This document shows positions 25,938 through 39,542 of a stretch of 64,000 bases of DNA, in pieces; position 1 is the first letter of the stretch, and each line of letters starts with the position of its first letter. The notes under the pieces were generated by a model. It ran no database searches, was not told where the DNA came from, and saw only the letters and a program-made list of their open reading frames with translations. The DNA comes from Octopus vulgaris (Eukaryota), in assembly GCA_951406725.2 (NCBI GenBank), contig OX597832.1, positions 31,062,001 to 31,126,000 of the forward strand, written 5' to 3'. The position numbers and the translations under genes were made by a program.

Positions 25938-26469
25938 CCTCTCTCTCTCTCTCCCTCTCTCGCACACACGCTTCTGCTCCTTTCCTTTTCTCTCACTCCT
26001 GATTCCCCCCCTCTCATCTTTCTCTCCTCTTACTGCTACCCATTCTTTGTTTTTGGCAGTGGGGGTGGGGCAGAAAGTAAAAGTGTAACTCAAAGGAAGA
26101 CTTTAGGTGGTGGTGGTGGTGGTAGCAGTATGAGGTAGAGGTGGAGATGGTGGAGAAAAGTAGGTGGAAGACAAGGGGGGGGGATTGTCTGTGCATGTAT
26201 GTGTGTGTGTGGGGGGGTGTTAAAATAAGATGCAGCAGTCTTCATCCCTCTCGCCACCGAATGGGTGTGGGTGGGTGAGTGGTCGGGTTGTGTAGAGGGA
26301 AGCTGAGGGTGGAAGGGGCGTTCATATGTTTTCTCTTTGTTTCTCTCTCTCTCTCTCTCTCCCTCTCCTCATACCATCTCCCCCTCTCTCTCTATCTCCC
26401 TTCAACTTTCCCCTCTCTCAGCTTCTCCTCTCTATCCCTCCTTCAACTTCCTCTCCCCTCTCTCTGTCT

Positions 26470-26720
26470 CATTCTCTCTCTCTCCATACCATCTCCCCCC
26501 TCTCTCTCTCCATACCATCTTCCCTCCTCTCTCTCCATACCATCTCCCCCCTCTCTCTCTCTCCATACCATCTCCCCCCTCTCTCTCCATACCATCTCCC
26601 CCTCTCTCTCTCCATACCATCTCCTCTCTCTTTCTCTTTCTCCATACCATCTCCCCCTCTCTCTCTCTCTGTATCTTCCCTTCCACCATCCCCCACTTCA
26701 TACCATCTCTCTCCCCCTCC
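26470..26720. repeat. Pyrimidine-rich minisatellite, unit ~(CT)nCCATACCATCTCCCCC
   Basis: ccataccatct recurs about 8 times with variable (CT)n spacers. Confidence 0.85.
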
Positions 26721-27095
26721 GTCCCCATCTCCATCATTCCTTCCAAGTGTTTTCAGCTGCAATATTTCCTCATTCCACTCCCTCCCCCCACCCCCCACTA
26801 TTATGTCACTCCACAGGGTCGGGGGGGGGGGTGTCGGAGACGAACTGCTTCTCCTTCTCTTTTTTCGTGTTTGTTGTTGTTTACAATATGTCTGTTGTTA
26901 TTGTTGTTTATTTACATGCTTCTTCTCTCTTATTGTTGTTTACTAATACGCCTGATGCTGTTGTTGTTGTTATTGTTGTTGTTGTTCCTGTTGTTGTTGT
27001 TGGTATTTAACACAGAATCTCTGATTCTATCCCAGTTTTTCACATTTCAACATTACAGTCAGACTCTGGGCTTTACACACACATTCCTTTGTGTA

Positions 27096-27126
<31 letters not shown>

Positions 27127-30100
27127 ATGTGTGTGTGTATGTGTAATGTCATGATTCTTTTAAAGCTGAGTCTGTGTGAGTTGGAGACTTGAAGATTTTT
27201 GTTGCCAATCCTCAGGTCACTATCTGCCTGTCTGTCTGTCTACTTGTCTGTCTGCCAGTTCTGTCTGTCTGCCTGTCTGTCTGCTTGTCTGTCTGCCAGT
27301 CCTGTCTGTCTGTCTGTCTGTCTGTCTTTAGTGTGATATTTTCATGGCTCTTCCTCATTTCTTTGTCTTCTGGAATTTTGTAATGTCTGTTAGGATGGGT
27401 GTGTGTGTCTCTATGTATGTGTGTGTGTGGGTATGGGTTTCTCTCTGTGTGGGTGTGTGTGTGGGTGTACATATAGTTCTGGTTAGGAATCTTGTTTCCA
27501 AGTTCAGTCCCTCTGTGTGGTACCTTGGGCCAAATGTCTTTACAGTAGGCTTCGGCAGGCCAAAACCTTATGAACAGATTTAGTAGATGGAAACTGAAAG
27601 AAGCCTGTCATATATATGTGTATATATATATTTGTGTGGTAAGAAGCTTGCTTCCCAACCACATGTTTCTGGGTTCAGTCCCAGTGTGTGGCACCTTGGG
27701 TAAGTGTCTTCTACTATAGCCTCAGGCTGACCAAAACCTTCTGAGTGGATTTGGTAGACGGAAACTGAAAGAAGCCTGTTGTATATATATGTGTGTGTGT
27801 GTATGTATGTATGTAAATATGTATGTATGTATATGTTTGTGTGTCTGTGTTTGTTCCCCCACCATTGCTTGACAACCGATGTTGGTGTGTTTACATCCCC
27901 GTAACTTAGTGGTTTGGTAAAAGAGACTGATAGAATAAGTCCTGGGGGTCGATTTGTTCAGCTAAAGGCGGTGCTCCAGCATGGTCACAGTCAAATGATT
28001 GAAACAAATAAAAGTATATATGTGTGTGTGTGTGTGTGTCTTTGCATTTGTTTTCCACCACTGCTTAACAAACGGTGTTGGTTTGTTTACACCCCCATAA
28101 CTTAACAGTTCAGCAAAAGAGACTGATAGAAAAGTACAGGACTTTGGAAAGAAAACAAAAGAAAAAACAGGGATTGGTTCATTTGACTGAGAATTCTTCC
28201 TGGTGGTGTCCCAGCATGGCCACAGTCTAATGGCTGAAGCAAGTGAAGGATAAATGAAATCTACATCATTTTGGTCTTTACAACAAATGACCACTTCTGG
28301 TTCAATCTTCCTCCTTTTCCTCCTCCTCCTTTTCCTCCTCCACCTTTTCCTCCTCCTCCTTTCCCTTCCCCTCCTCCTCCTTTCCCTTCTCCTCCTCTTT
28401 TTCTTTCTCCTCCTTTTCCTTCTCCTCCTTTTTCTCCTCCTCCTTTTTCTCCTCCTCCTTTCCCTTTTCCTTCTCCTTTTCCTCTGGCTCTGTCCTCTTG
28501 CCCCCTCCTCCTCCTCTGCCGCCCCCTCTCCCAGCCCCCACAAACCCCCTTCTCGTTATATCCAGTGTCAAGGGTCCTTCGTTGCCCTTTCAATTCCAGC
28601 CAGTCTGTCGGCTGACGCTTCCATCCATACCCTGCATTCTTCAAGCCTACCCAACATGCCTACGTCCATCTGTTTGTGTGTGCGTGCGTGCGTGTGTGCA
28701 TGTGTGTGTTTCTGCATGTGTATATATATACGTTTCTGTGTATGTATATGTATATGTGTGCACTTTTCACATGTGTAAATGCATATAAATGTATGTGTGT
28801 GTGTGTGCGTGTTTCTGTATTTTCAGTGTGTATACGCATTTGATTGTCTATATGTGTGTGTGTGTGTGCATGTCTATATTTGTGTATGTATCTGTGTTAC
28901 TTTGTGTGTTTGTATGTGTATAGCTGCATGTGTATATATGTGTGTGTTAATATGTGTTTGTGTATGTATTTGTGTTTCTGTTTGTATAGGGGTTTGTACA
29001 GTTTTGCGTATGCGTGTGTGTGTGCATGTGTGTGTGTGTGAGTGACAGATGGTGCAAATGTCCATCCAATTCATTGAATATTAAATGGCTCGTTAGTGGC
29101 TCGTTAGTGACTCGTTGGCGTGATAAATGGGATATGTTGTAAGTCACAAGTTTGTGCGAAGAAGAAGTCTGGGAATGTAGAAATGGATGGCGAAAGAGGT
29201 GCAGCGGCTTTCATGCCTCTCCTGGAAGCCCTTAACATTGCAAGCGCTAAAGATATGTGTGATTGTGCTGTTGTTGTTGTTGATGGTGGTGGTGGTGGTG
29301 GTGGTTAACAAATGGGATAGATTTAGTCTGAGACCCATGAATAGGTAGAGAATAATATTTGATAGGGTCCTGCTTCTCCCCCCCCCGCCCCACAGCCTCC
29401 AAGCTGCCATATTTCACTAGAAAGTTTTTGGTCCGTCTTAGTGATAAGGTAAGTCAATGGTGCTGTGCAGTGGGCCGGAACCTGAAACCCCAGTTTTGAA
29501 GCAATCTGCTTAACCACACGTCCATGTCTATGTCTATGTCTCCTGTGATATGAGAAAACAATATTGAAACAAAACAACAACAAAAAAAATAAAATAAACA
29601 GCAAAAAAAAACCTCATAAATAAATTGGTTTGGTTTATTTGCTGGGAAAAAAAACGGCGAAGTCAACAACAACATCACATTGTGACCAGCAATAACAACA
29701 ACTACAAAAACAACAGCAACAATAAGAGCCAAAACCATATTAGGCAATTAGAAAAAAAAAAGGGGAAAAAAAGAAAAACATCCGAATAAAAGCTAATGAG
29801 AAAACTGAGTGAGAGAGCTTTGGCGTCAGGGATATTCCAACTGTTGGGTTTATTTCTAATGGGTTTAGGGCAAACAATCGTGCCTCTCACCTATCTGCTG
29901 TTCAGGTTAATATTATCATCATCATCATCATCATCATCATCATTATTAAGGCAGCAAGCTGGTGGGATTGTTACTTGCTTGGCTGGACGAAATGTTTAAG
30001 TGGCATTTCGTCCATTCTTTACATTCCGAGTTCAAATTCCACTGAGGTCACCTTTACCTTTCATCCCTTTTGGGGGTCAATAAATTAAGTACCAGTGAAA

Positions 30101-30180
30101 TGCTGGGGAGGGGCAGGGGGGCGATGTAACTTATTAGTCCCCTCCCATTAGATTTCAGGCCTTGTGCCATAGGAGAAAGG

Positions 30181-30229
<49 letters not shown>

Positions 30230-30231
<2 letters not shown>

Positions 30232-30838
30232 TAGTCTTTCTTTTTTCACGTGCTTTCACTTCACTACCGAGCGCAGCTCTGTGTGCCTTGGGTATGTGCT
30301 GTGATTTGTTGTGATGCTCTGATGGTTATTGTATGGAAAGTGTTCTGCGTAGGATGTGTGCAGTGCCTAGTAGTGCAATTTTCTGTATGTTATATGTGTT
30401 TGTAAGTCCTGGTGTTTTTGTTATGTATTTGTCTGAATATTTTTTTATCATGCCTAATGTGCCTACTATGATAGGAATTGTTTCTGTTTTCAGATTCCAC
30501 ATTCTAGTTACCTCTATTTCCAGGTCTTTGTATTTTGAGAGTTTCTCCATTTCTTTTAGAGACACGTTGTCATCTACTGGTATTGATACATCAATTAGAA
30601 AGCATTTTTTTTTCTTCATGATCTCTGACAACTATATCTGGTCTGTTGGCCTTAATTTCTCTATCTGTGTGTATAGGCATATCCCATAGTATGGTTGCTT
30701 TCTCGTTTTCTGTGACTTTTTCTGGTGTGTGCCTATACCATCTTTTTTCTGTGGTCATTCCACAGTGTTGACATAGCTTCCAGTGTATGTAGGTCCCAAC
30801 TCTGTCATGTCTGTGAATATATTCCTTCTTAGCCAGGA
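30230..30838 (-). mobile_element. Dong/R4-clade LINE 3' end (restriction-like endonuclease) in (TAA)n
   Basis: LAKKEYIHRHDRV...ILWDMPIHTDREIKANRPDIVV...CFLIDVSIP...EKLSKYKDL...IPIIVGTLG...IQKIALLGTAHILRRTL*. Frameshift at an A-run. (ATT)n on both flanks. Confidence 0.88.
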
Positions 30839-31348
30839 TTATTTTTATTATTATCATTATTATTATTATTATTCTTGTTAAGGTGGTGAGCTGGCTGAAC
30901 TGTTGGCATGCCAGACAAAATGCTTAGTGGTATTTCACCTGTCGCTATGTTCTGAGTTCAAATTCTGTTGAGGTCAGCTTTGCCATGCACTGTTTATCTT
31001 GATATGAGGTCACCATGTTGTGCACACATATGGTTGTGATGCATGTGCCTGGTATACCCTTATCAGCCGGGTGGTCATGATGGGTTGGCTTTGTATATTT
31101 GTATCCCAGTGCCACTTTGGTGGCATGCACTGCTCTCTCGCTCAATAATAACGATAACAATCCTTTCTCTTGCAGTGACAAAGGCTGAAATTTTGGAGGC
31201 ATTGGGGCTGGTTGATTACATCAACCCCACTGCTCAAATAATACTTATTGTGTTGACCCTGAGGGGATGAAAATCAAAACCAGCTGGTGTGTGCAAGTGT
31301 GTGTGTCTGTGTGTGTTTTTCAATGTGTTTTTGTATATGTTTTTCCGG

Positions 31349-31416
31349 TTGAAGCATTTGATGTGATTCTTCTTTGGTCCTTCATGCCAGAATAAATCAT
31401 TGAAGAGACTGAAATT
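31349..31416 (+). pseudogene. Decayed duplicate (pseudo-exon) of METTL4 exon C
   Basis: Manual alignment to 39543-39609 gives about 52/68 identities, including runs tttgatgtgattct and tgaagagactgaaat. The upstream pyrimidine tract is also homologous. Acceptor AG is now GG, there is a 1-nt insertion, and the DPPW codons have become GPSC. Confidence 0.8.
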
Positions 31417-33277
31417 GTGTTGGGGTCCCAGAACACAAAGAGACGCATGGAATTTGGTGGAGGCGTATGTCTTGGTCTGAAATATGTTGTTGTGTGACTG
31501 TTAGCTTCTTGGAGGACTGGTGGAGTTGTGTATCTTATTTAAGGTATCTCAGCCGCCATGTGACTGGCAGAGTGGTGCGTCTTGCCCAAGACAGTTTCCC
31601 AGTTCCAGTTCCTCTGTCTGCTGAAATGTGCATGGACCAATTTTTATACAGGTCCACCTCCCCCCCTCCCCTCCCCTGCACCCCCTCCCTCCACCCCTCG
31701 CTGGACAGATTAACATATCTGTCATCTGACATTCTGTTGACCCCCACCCAGAGTAAAGGGGGTGAGTGGCATGTTGAGGGAAGGGTAGGGTAGGTGGACG
31801 GGTGGGGTGGGTTCTTATTAAATGTTACTGTGTCACTGAATACATTACATTTTATCACTGCTGTATTCAGATGGTGGTGGTGATGGTGGTGGTGGTGGTG
31901 GTGGTGGTGGTGGTGGTGGTGGTGGTGATGGTGATGTTGGTAGTAGCAGTAGCAACAGCAGCAGTGGTAATATCATTGAAATGATGATGGTGGTGGTGGT
32001 GGTGGTGGTGGTGGTGGTGGTGGTGGTGATGGTGTTTGCAGTAAAGGCTGTGTGTATGGGTGTGCTTTGATGATAGTAATAATAGTAGTACTGATATAAT
32101 TGTGATGGTGGTGGTGGTGGTGGTGGTAATGATGATGGGGGAGATGATGATGATGATGATGACAGTGGTGGCGCTGGTGATGGTATGTCAAGAAATAGTG
32201 GCTGTGATATTAATGCATTGGTGGTGGTGGTGGTGGTCGGGGGGTTTCGGTAGTTGTAGCATCAGTGGTACTAAATTGCAGTGATGGTGGTGGTAGTTGT
32301 GTCAAGGTAGTGGTAACCATGGTGACTGTTTGCAGATTGTATTTGGTTCAGAAGGGGTGTGTGGGGGAGAGAGGGGGGGAGACCTTTGTGGTACTGGTGG
32401 TGGTGGTGGTGGTGGTGGTGGTGGTGAAGGCCCAGAGTTGGTGATGATGTTTATAATGGAAGTGTGTGTGTGTGTGTGTGTGGTGCATAATGATTGAAGG
32501 GGAGGAGGCAGTTGTGATAGGGTAGGAGTAGTTGTAGTGATAGTAATGGTGGTGGCGGTGGCGGTGGCGGTGGTGGTGGTTGGAGGTTATAATTGTTGCC
32601 AGAGTTAGGAAGTGGATAGTGGTTGTGGGGGGAGGGTGGTTGTCAGGGTCAGGATGGTACCCTAATCAGCTAATGGGTAGATAGATGATGACTAAAAGAT
32701 AGTGACAGAAGGAGGGAGATGAGCGGGGAGTGGGGGGAGCGACTAGAATGTTTAGGTGGTGATGGATTGTATGTAGGGGGACATTGTAGCTGTATGATGG
32801 TGGTGGTGGTGGTGGAGGTGGTAGTGGTGCCCTCCCCCCCCATTCACCTTGCTATCAATATTGTTTGCCTGCAATCACTGTTATCAGAATGCCAAAAGTC
32901 TGAATTGAACAAGATGCCTCCCAAGCCTTTTGGTATTTTTAACCCTCAAACCATTCTGCAAATCCAGTCAATCCTGGATCAATTTGTCGGGGCCCCCAAG
33001 ACAGTGAAAGGCGAAGATGACCACAGTGGGATTTGAACTCAGAACACAGACAGTCAGAACAAACACCACAAGACAGTCTATCTAACGCTCTACCAAATCA
33101 ACCAATTCACTATTCTACTACATCAGTACCCCCTCTCCCCACTAACCCCACTACACTGATCTTAATACTTAGTCCTTCCTCCCCACTGCATTCTTTTATG
33201 GAATTCCCTCCCACTGTAATATTTTCCCTGAAATCATCAACTTGCTGTTTTACTGGAGGAATGTCAATCATGTTGAC

Positions 33278-33615
33278 CTCACAAGATTTTGGAGGTCTTG
33301 TGAAAGTTATGAACCCAAGCTCAGCTTCAAGATCTTGGAGGGACCTGTGATGGCCATGAATGCAGCCCCAACTCCTAATCTTAGAGCATTTGCAACCTGT
33401 AAGGACACAGCCTCTATCTGTAGATCTTGGTGGATCCGTAAAGGCTATGGGCACAACTTCTACTTTAGATTCTTGGAGGGTCTGCGACAACTATGAACAC
33501 GACCCCTCTCCCTCAAGGTCTTGGAGGATCTGAGAAAACTATGAACAGTAACCATTGCCTCAATATCTTGGAGAACAGATGTAGTTCCTTTGTCTAAATC
33601 TTGAGGGGTCTCTTA
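33278..33615. repeat. Degenerate ~45-47-bp minisatellite
   Basis: Recurring agatcttggagg.tctg.ga.aactatgaac.c.acc...ctca, about 7 units. Confidence 0.7.
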
Positions 33616-34146
33616 TGATCAAAGGCCCATGAGGGTTTTAGTAACTTCACTTTTATATTCTTAGTTCAAATCCTGCTGACCTCAACTCAGCCTTTGATCC
33701 TTCTGGGGTTGATAGAATAAAGTACCAGTCATGCACTGGGATCAATGGTATCAGTTATGCTGTTCCCTTCAAAAAATGTTGACCATGTCTCCCTAATTTA
33801 GAACCCATTATTATGAAGTCAATGATGTGACAAGTTTGTTAGGGTATTGGTAAGAATACCTCGTGATGTTTCTTCTGGTTCTATATGTTCTGTTTTCAAA
33901 TCCTGCTGAAGTCAACTTTCTGTTTCATTCTTCTGGGGTCAATAAAATAATAAGGGACCAGTGAAGTTCAGAGCTTGATGGTATTCACTAATCTCTCTCC
34001 TCAAATTTGCTAACTTTCTGCCCCTTTCAGGGTTGATAATGTATCAGTTGATCACTGCACTCAACGTAATTCCCATGACCCCTCCCTCCAAATTTCAGAC
34101 CCTTCTGCCTTTAGTAGAAAGGATCATCATCATCATCATCATCATC

Positions 34147-34178
<32 letters not shown>

Positions 34179-34383
34179 TTATACTTTAATTAATAAATAA
34201 CTTAATTTTCTTTTTACTGAACTTTTAAAATATTATTCCAGATTTTGCATATATCTGTCTGTGTGTCCTTCTGAATTCACATACACATACACTCAGTCAC
34301 ACATTCACCCACAGGCATATACACGCATGCATTCACTTATACACTCATACATGTATGTATATACACAATATGTATTATTTTAT

Positions 34384-34426
<43 letters not shown>

Positions 34427-34499
34427 AAACACTCTTCCACATCTCTATCTTCCCCTCATCAATGGAACCCCCTCTTCTCCTTCAACCAACCCTCTCAAC

Positions 34500-34556
<57 letters not shown>

Positions 34557-34720
34557 GCATGCACATGGAAACAGCTGATTCCTTGAGTTAAGGATATGAG
34601 AAGTGATGCATATGGCTAGTCTTGAGCATGTGTGTATGATGTGTGCATGTTTGCATGTGTGTATATAGTATGTGTATGATTGTATGTGCTTGCATTTGTG
34701 TGTGCGTATGCACATGTGCT

Positions 34721-34760
<40 letters not shown>

Positions 34761-34904
34761 TAGGTACATCCGACCATCCATCCATTCATACATATATGTG
34801 TATGGCACCTTAGGCAAGTGTCTTCTACTATAGCCTTGGACCATCCAAAGCCTTGTGAGTGGATTTGGTAGATGGAAACTGAAAGAAGCCCATCGTATAT
34901 ATAT

Positions 34905-34969
<65 letters not shown>

Positions 34970-35809
34970 TGTGTCTGTATTTTCCCCCCACCATCACTTG
35001 GCAACCGATGTTGGTGTGTTTATGTCCCTGTAACTTAGCGATTCGGCAAAAGAGTCCAATAGAATAAGAACTAGGCTTACAAACAATAAGTCCTGGGGTT
35101 GATTTGTTCAACTAATAAACTCTGAAATCCTGTAAAACAAATCTTCTGTGCTTTTTCATCTTTTCTCTTTCTCCATTTATATCCACCACGTGTGTATTTT
35201 CTACCTTATATACACACACATATATATATATATATCAGGAGTGGCTGTGTGGTAAGTAGCTTGCTTCCCAACCACATGGCTCCGGGTTCAGTCCCACTGT
35301 GTGGCACCTTGGGCAAGTGTCTCCTACTATAAGCCTTGTGCCAACCAAAGCCTTATGAGTGGATTTGGTAGACGGAAACTGTGCGTATGTATGTTTGACC
35401 TGTGTATGTGTGTATACAGTTTATGCATGTGTGTGTGTGTGTGTGTGTGTATGTGTAGTGTGGTTGGGTGGATCCCGAAAGAGAAGGTGGGGAGGGGAAT
35501 GTATTTCGAATCTGAAATGTTTTACCTATTAGTTTTCTCCACCGCCACCACCACCACTACCACTATGACTACCACCACCATTATCATCATCATCACCACC
35601 AACAACAACAATCCCCTCCTTCGCTCCCTTCACCACCACTACTACCTCTACTCCTACTGGCACCCTTACCACCCTTAATATTATACTCACTACCATCTAT
35701 ATTACAGCTAACAGCCCTTCCCCCTCCACCACTACCACCCCCCGCCTCTCCCACCTTTTAATAGTCCATCCTTTTTACATCCTCCCTTACCACACATTTT
35801 CTGCCTTAT

Positions 35810-36140
35810 ACCCATCCACCCAGCAATCTACCCATATAAAGAAAGCCCATCCAGCTAGCCATCTACCCATCCACACAACTGTCCACCCATCCTCCCAGCT
35901 GGCAGTTGATCCACCCTGCTAGCTACCCTTCCACCCAGCTATCCATCCGCCAAGCCATCTGTACATCCACCCAGCTATCTGCCCATCCACCCATCCTTCC
36001 AGCTGGCAGTTTATCCACCCAGCTCATCTACCCATCTATCCAGCCATCTTATATCTACCTCCTCCCATCCACCCAGCCCTCTACACATCCACCCAGCTAT
36101 CTGTCTATCCACCCAGCTATTCGCATATCCACCCAGCTAT
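35810..36140. repeat. Degenerate (ATCCACCCAGCT)n repeat
   Basis: atccacccagct and variants repeat throughout. Confidence 0.8.
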
Positions 36141-36767
36141 CAGGGTGAGACTCCAGACCTTACACCTGGCCATCAAAAATCTATAGTAACAGAAAGCAGC
36201 AGCAGTAGTCGCAGCAGCAGCAGCAGCGGCAACAGTAGTAGTAGTAGAGGTCATAGTAGTAGTTTTGGATGTAGTGGTGATGGTTGTAGTAACAGCAGCA
36301 GTAGTTGTAGTAGTAGTAGTAGTATTGGTGGTAGTAGTAGTAGTGGTAGTAGTAGCAGCATCAGCAGCACTAGGAGTAGTAATGACAGGAGTGGTAGTAA
36401 CTGTAGTTTTAATTTCAGTAGTGGTGGTGGTGGCGGTGGCGGTGGTGGTGGTGGCGGTGGTGGTAGTGATGGTGGCAGTGATGGTGGTGGTGGTGGTGGT
36501 GGTGGTGGTGGTGGTGGTGGTGGTGGTGGCGGTGGTGGTGGTGGTGGCGGTGGTGGTGGTGGCGGTGGTGGTAGTGATGGTGGCAGTGATGGTGGTGGTG
36601 GTGGTGGTGATTGTTGTGATGGTAGTGATGGTGGTGATGGTAGTGATGGTGGTGGTGGCGGTGGCGGTGGTGGTGGCGGCGGCGGTGGTGGTGGCGGTGG
36701 TAGTAGATTTCAACCATCTGTTTCCTCTTAAATTGATTATCTTCTCATGCATTAATACTGCTCTTGT

Positions 36768-36801
<34 letters not shown>

Positions 36802-37835
36802 GGTGCCCCCCCCCCCGTGCTCTTTGTAAAGGTGTTTATTACTGATACTGTTTGTTGTTTGTATTGTTGTTATTGTTGTTTTGCTTGTATATATACGTGT
36901 GTGTGTGTGTGTGTGTGTGTGTCTCTCTGTGTGTGTATTGAATTGTATATGTTTGAATTGTGTCTGTTTAAGTGTACAAATGTATGTAGACGTGTGTGTG
37001 TGTTTGTGTGTAAATTCAGGTGCATATGTGAATGTGTTTAAGTAGACAGAATGTAGGTAGTCCTGTGTGTATGTGTATCTGCATGTGTGTGTGTGTGTGC
37101 ATTTGTGCTTGTATGTGTGAATATGTGTCTGTGTGAAGACGCCTGGTTATATGGTTAGAGTATCAAGCTAACAACCAGGAGATTATGGGTTCAGTTTCCG
37201 CAACAGCCAGTAGGTTGTCTGTCCTTGAGCAAGGCACTTCATTTCCCATTGGTCCAGTCTGCTCAGCTGTAAATGAGTACCCACCCAACTGCTGGGGCAG
37301 CCCTCTCTCCCTGTCTTTCAAGTTGGTTCACCCTCAGTGTTCATATGTTCTGTTGGACCCAGGGTGGGAGAATCAGGAGGGCCTCTGTGTTTGCCCAGTA
37401 CTACACAGACCCCTAAAAGCAATTCGTGGAGGCATGGCACATGTACAGTACAAGCAGCAGTTCACAGCCACAGCTCCCAGGGCCTCATGCGGCCCTCAGG
37501 TATCCTTCTGGCAGCCTCTGACAGTTTTCCATCAAAATAAAAATCAAATGGAAATTATAGTTGTGATACCCGTGCTGGTGGCACATAAAAAGCACCAACC
37601 AATCATGGTCGTTTGCCAGTCTCCTCTGACCCCTGTGCTGGTGGCACATAAAAAACGCCCACTGCACTCATGGAGTGATTGGTGTTAGGAAGGGCATCCA
37701 GCTGTAGAAACACTGCCAGATGAGACTGGAGCCTGGTGCAGCCTCCTGGCTTCCCAGACCCCGGTCGAACCGTCCAACCCGTGCCAGCATGAAAAACGGA
37801 CTTTAAACGATGATGATGATGATGATGATGAAATA

Positions 37836-38490
37836 CAAGGTCTGATCAATAAGTATCCAGACTGTTGCCATAGTAATGCAACTAAAGCACACAAAGTGAA
37901 GCTACTCGGCACAGATTGACCTTGACCTCTGCTGTTTACAGCAATGCTTGGAAGGAACATGCATAACGTGTGATTGTTGCATTGACCATAACAAAGAAAG
38001 TTGTCTTGATGGTACCTGCTCAGAAGCCTCTGCAAAGTTGCAGAAAGTATATGGAGAGGAGCATGGGATTCACATACAAGTGTATGAGTGGTTCAGACAT
38101 TTCCAAGATGGCCAAAGAATGTCAATAGTGATGAACATTCTGGGAGACCCGCAACGAGCAGAACTGAGAAAAACATAGGAGATGTGCATGCAGCTGAGGG
38201 GAAATCATCGAATAACTATCCGTGAGTTATCTGAGGATGTGCAGATTAGTTATGGCTCAGGTTAATCCATTATCCTTGCCAAGTTTGTGCCAGAACTGCC
38301 TTCAGCTGACCAAAAAGACACTCGGGTTTCAGTTGCAGAAAATCTCTTTGATTGTGTTGAGAATGATGAAAATTTTTTGAAAACTTTGGCAGGACTCTGA
38401 GCAGGTATCACCAAGCTTTTGGCAAAATTTGAAGCAGATTCTCTCCTCAGCTTTCTCGGTCATGGACAATGCAACAAACACATGCGACAC
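37836..38490 (+). mobile_element. Mariner-family DNA transposon derivative (N-terminal transposase remnant, fold-back structure)
   Basis: TA followed by a CAAGGTCTGATCAATAAGTATCC TIR. ASAKLQKVYGEE...QVYEWFRHFQDG and ITIRELSEDVQISYGS are HTH motifs. 38385-38490 is an inverted copy of 37955-38045. Confidence 0.8.
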
Positions 38491-38647
38491 TGCTTTGTTT
38501 TGTTCAACTCATCTTCTCTTTTCACCTCAAATTGTATTCCATTAACTTTCTGGAATAATTTCTACAATTTTAACAATTATAATTGTCTGTGAAATTGAAT
38601 TAAATTGAATTAAATTGAATTAAATTGAATTAATGTTTGTCTTTCAG

Positions 38648-38809
38648 AACTTTGTGTGACACATGAAAATCCATCATTTCTCAAAGTACAATATAATGGA
38701 GAAATTCCTCAGATTGTGACAATTGCTAACCATAAATATCTGCTTCCATCCAAGAGCACATTCCTGCTGTCCAATTTGGACACTTTTAAAGAAATATACC
38801 CACATGCAG
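38648..38809 (+). CDS. METTL4: METTL4 coding exon B (phase 1 to 1)
   Basis: ctttcAG acceptor and GTgagt donor. ELCVTHENPSFLKVQYNGEIPQIVTIANHKYLLPSKSTFLLSNLDTFKEIYPHA contains the YLLPxKSxFLLS motif typical of METTL4. Confidence 0.92.
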
Positions 38810-39542
38810 GTGAGTTCGAGAAAGTTCTTGTAGAATTTGGACACAATTTAATGAAAGAATGGCTTGGTGAATAGGCTTTTTAAAAGTGATGGGCTTCTTT
38901 CAGTTTCCATCTACCAAATCAACTCGTAAGGCTTTCATCAGCCCGCAGCTACAGTAGAAAAAACTTGCTCAAGGTGTCACACAGTGAGACTGAACCCAGA
39001 ACCATGTGGTTAGGAAACAAACTTCTTACCACACAGCCACACCTATATGTGTGACTGTACAGACACACCTTTATATGTATATGTTATTATTATTATTATT
39101 ATGCATATACATACCTATATACATATAGGTATGTATATGCATATAGGAATATATATATGCATATATGTATATGTGCCGGTGGCACGTGAAAAATAACATT
39201 TGAGTGAGGTCATTGCCAGTGCTGCTGAACTGTTTCCTCTGCAGGTGTCACACATAGAAAACACCATTTGAGCATGGTTATTACCAATACCACCTGACTG
39301 GCCTTCATGCTGGTGGCACATAAAAGCACCTGCTACACTCTCGGAGTGGTTGGCGTTAGGAAGGGCATCCAGCTATAGAAACTCTGCCAGATGAGATTGG
39401 AGCCTGGTGCAGCCTTCTGGCTCGCCAGCCCTCAGTCAAACCGTCCAACCCATGCCAGCATGGAAAGCAGACGTTAAACGATGATGATGATGATGTGTAT
39501 ATATGTGTTTTTTACAATGTTTTTGTGTTTGCTTTTTTCCAG

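Noticed and set aside
27962-28644. Arg/Lys/Glu/Pro-rich ORFs (also 53165-53987)
   Set aside because: Derived from (CCT)/(CTT)/(GAA) purine-pyrimidine simple repeats.
33278-33615. CRISPR-like repeat/spacer appearance
   Set aside because: The repeats are degenerate, the spacers are short and related to each other, there are no cas genes, and the context is a eukaryotic intron.
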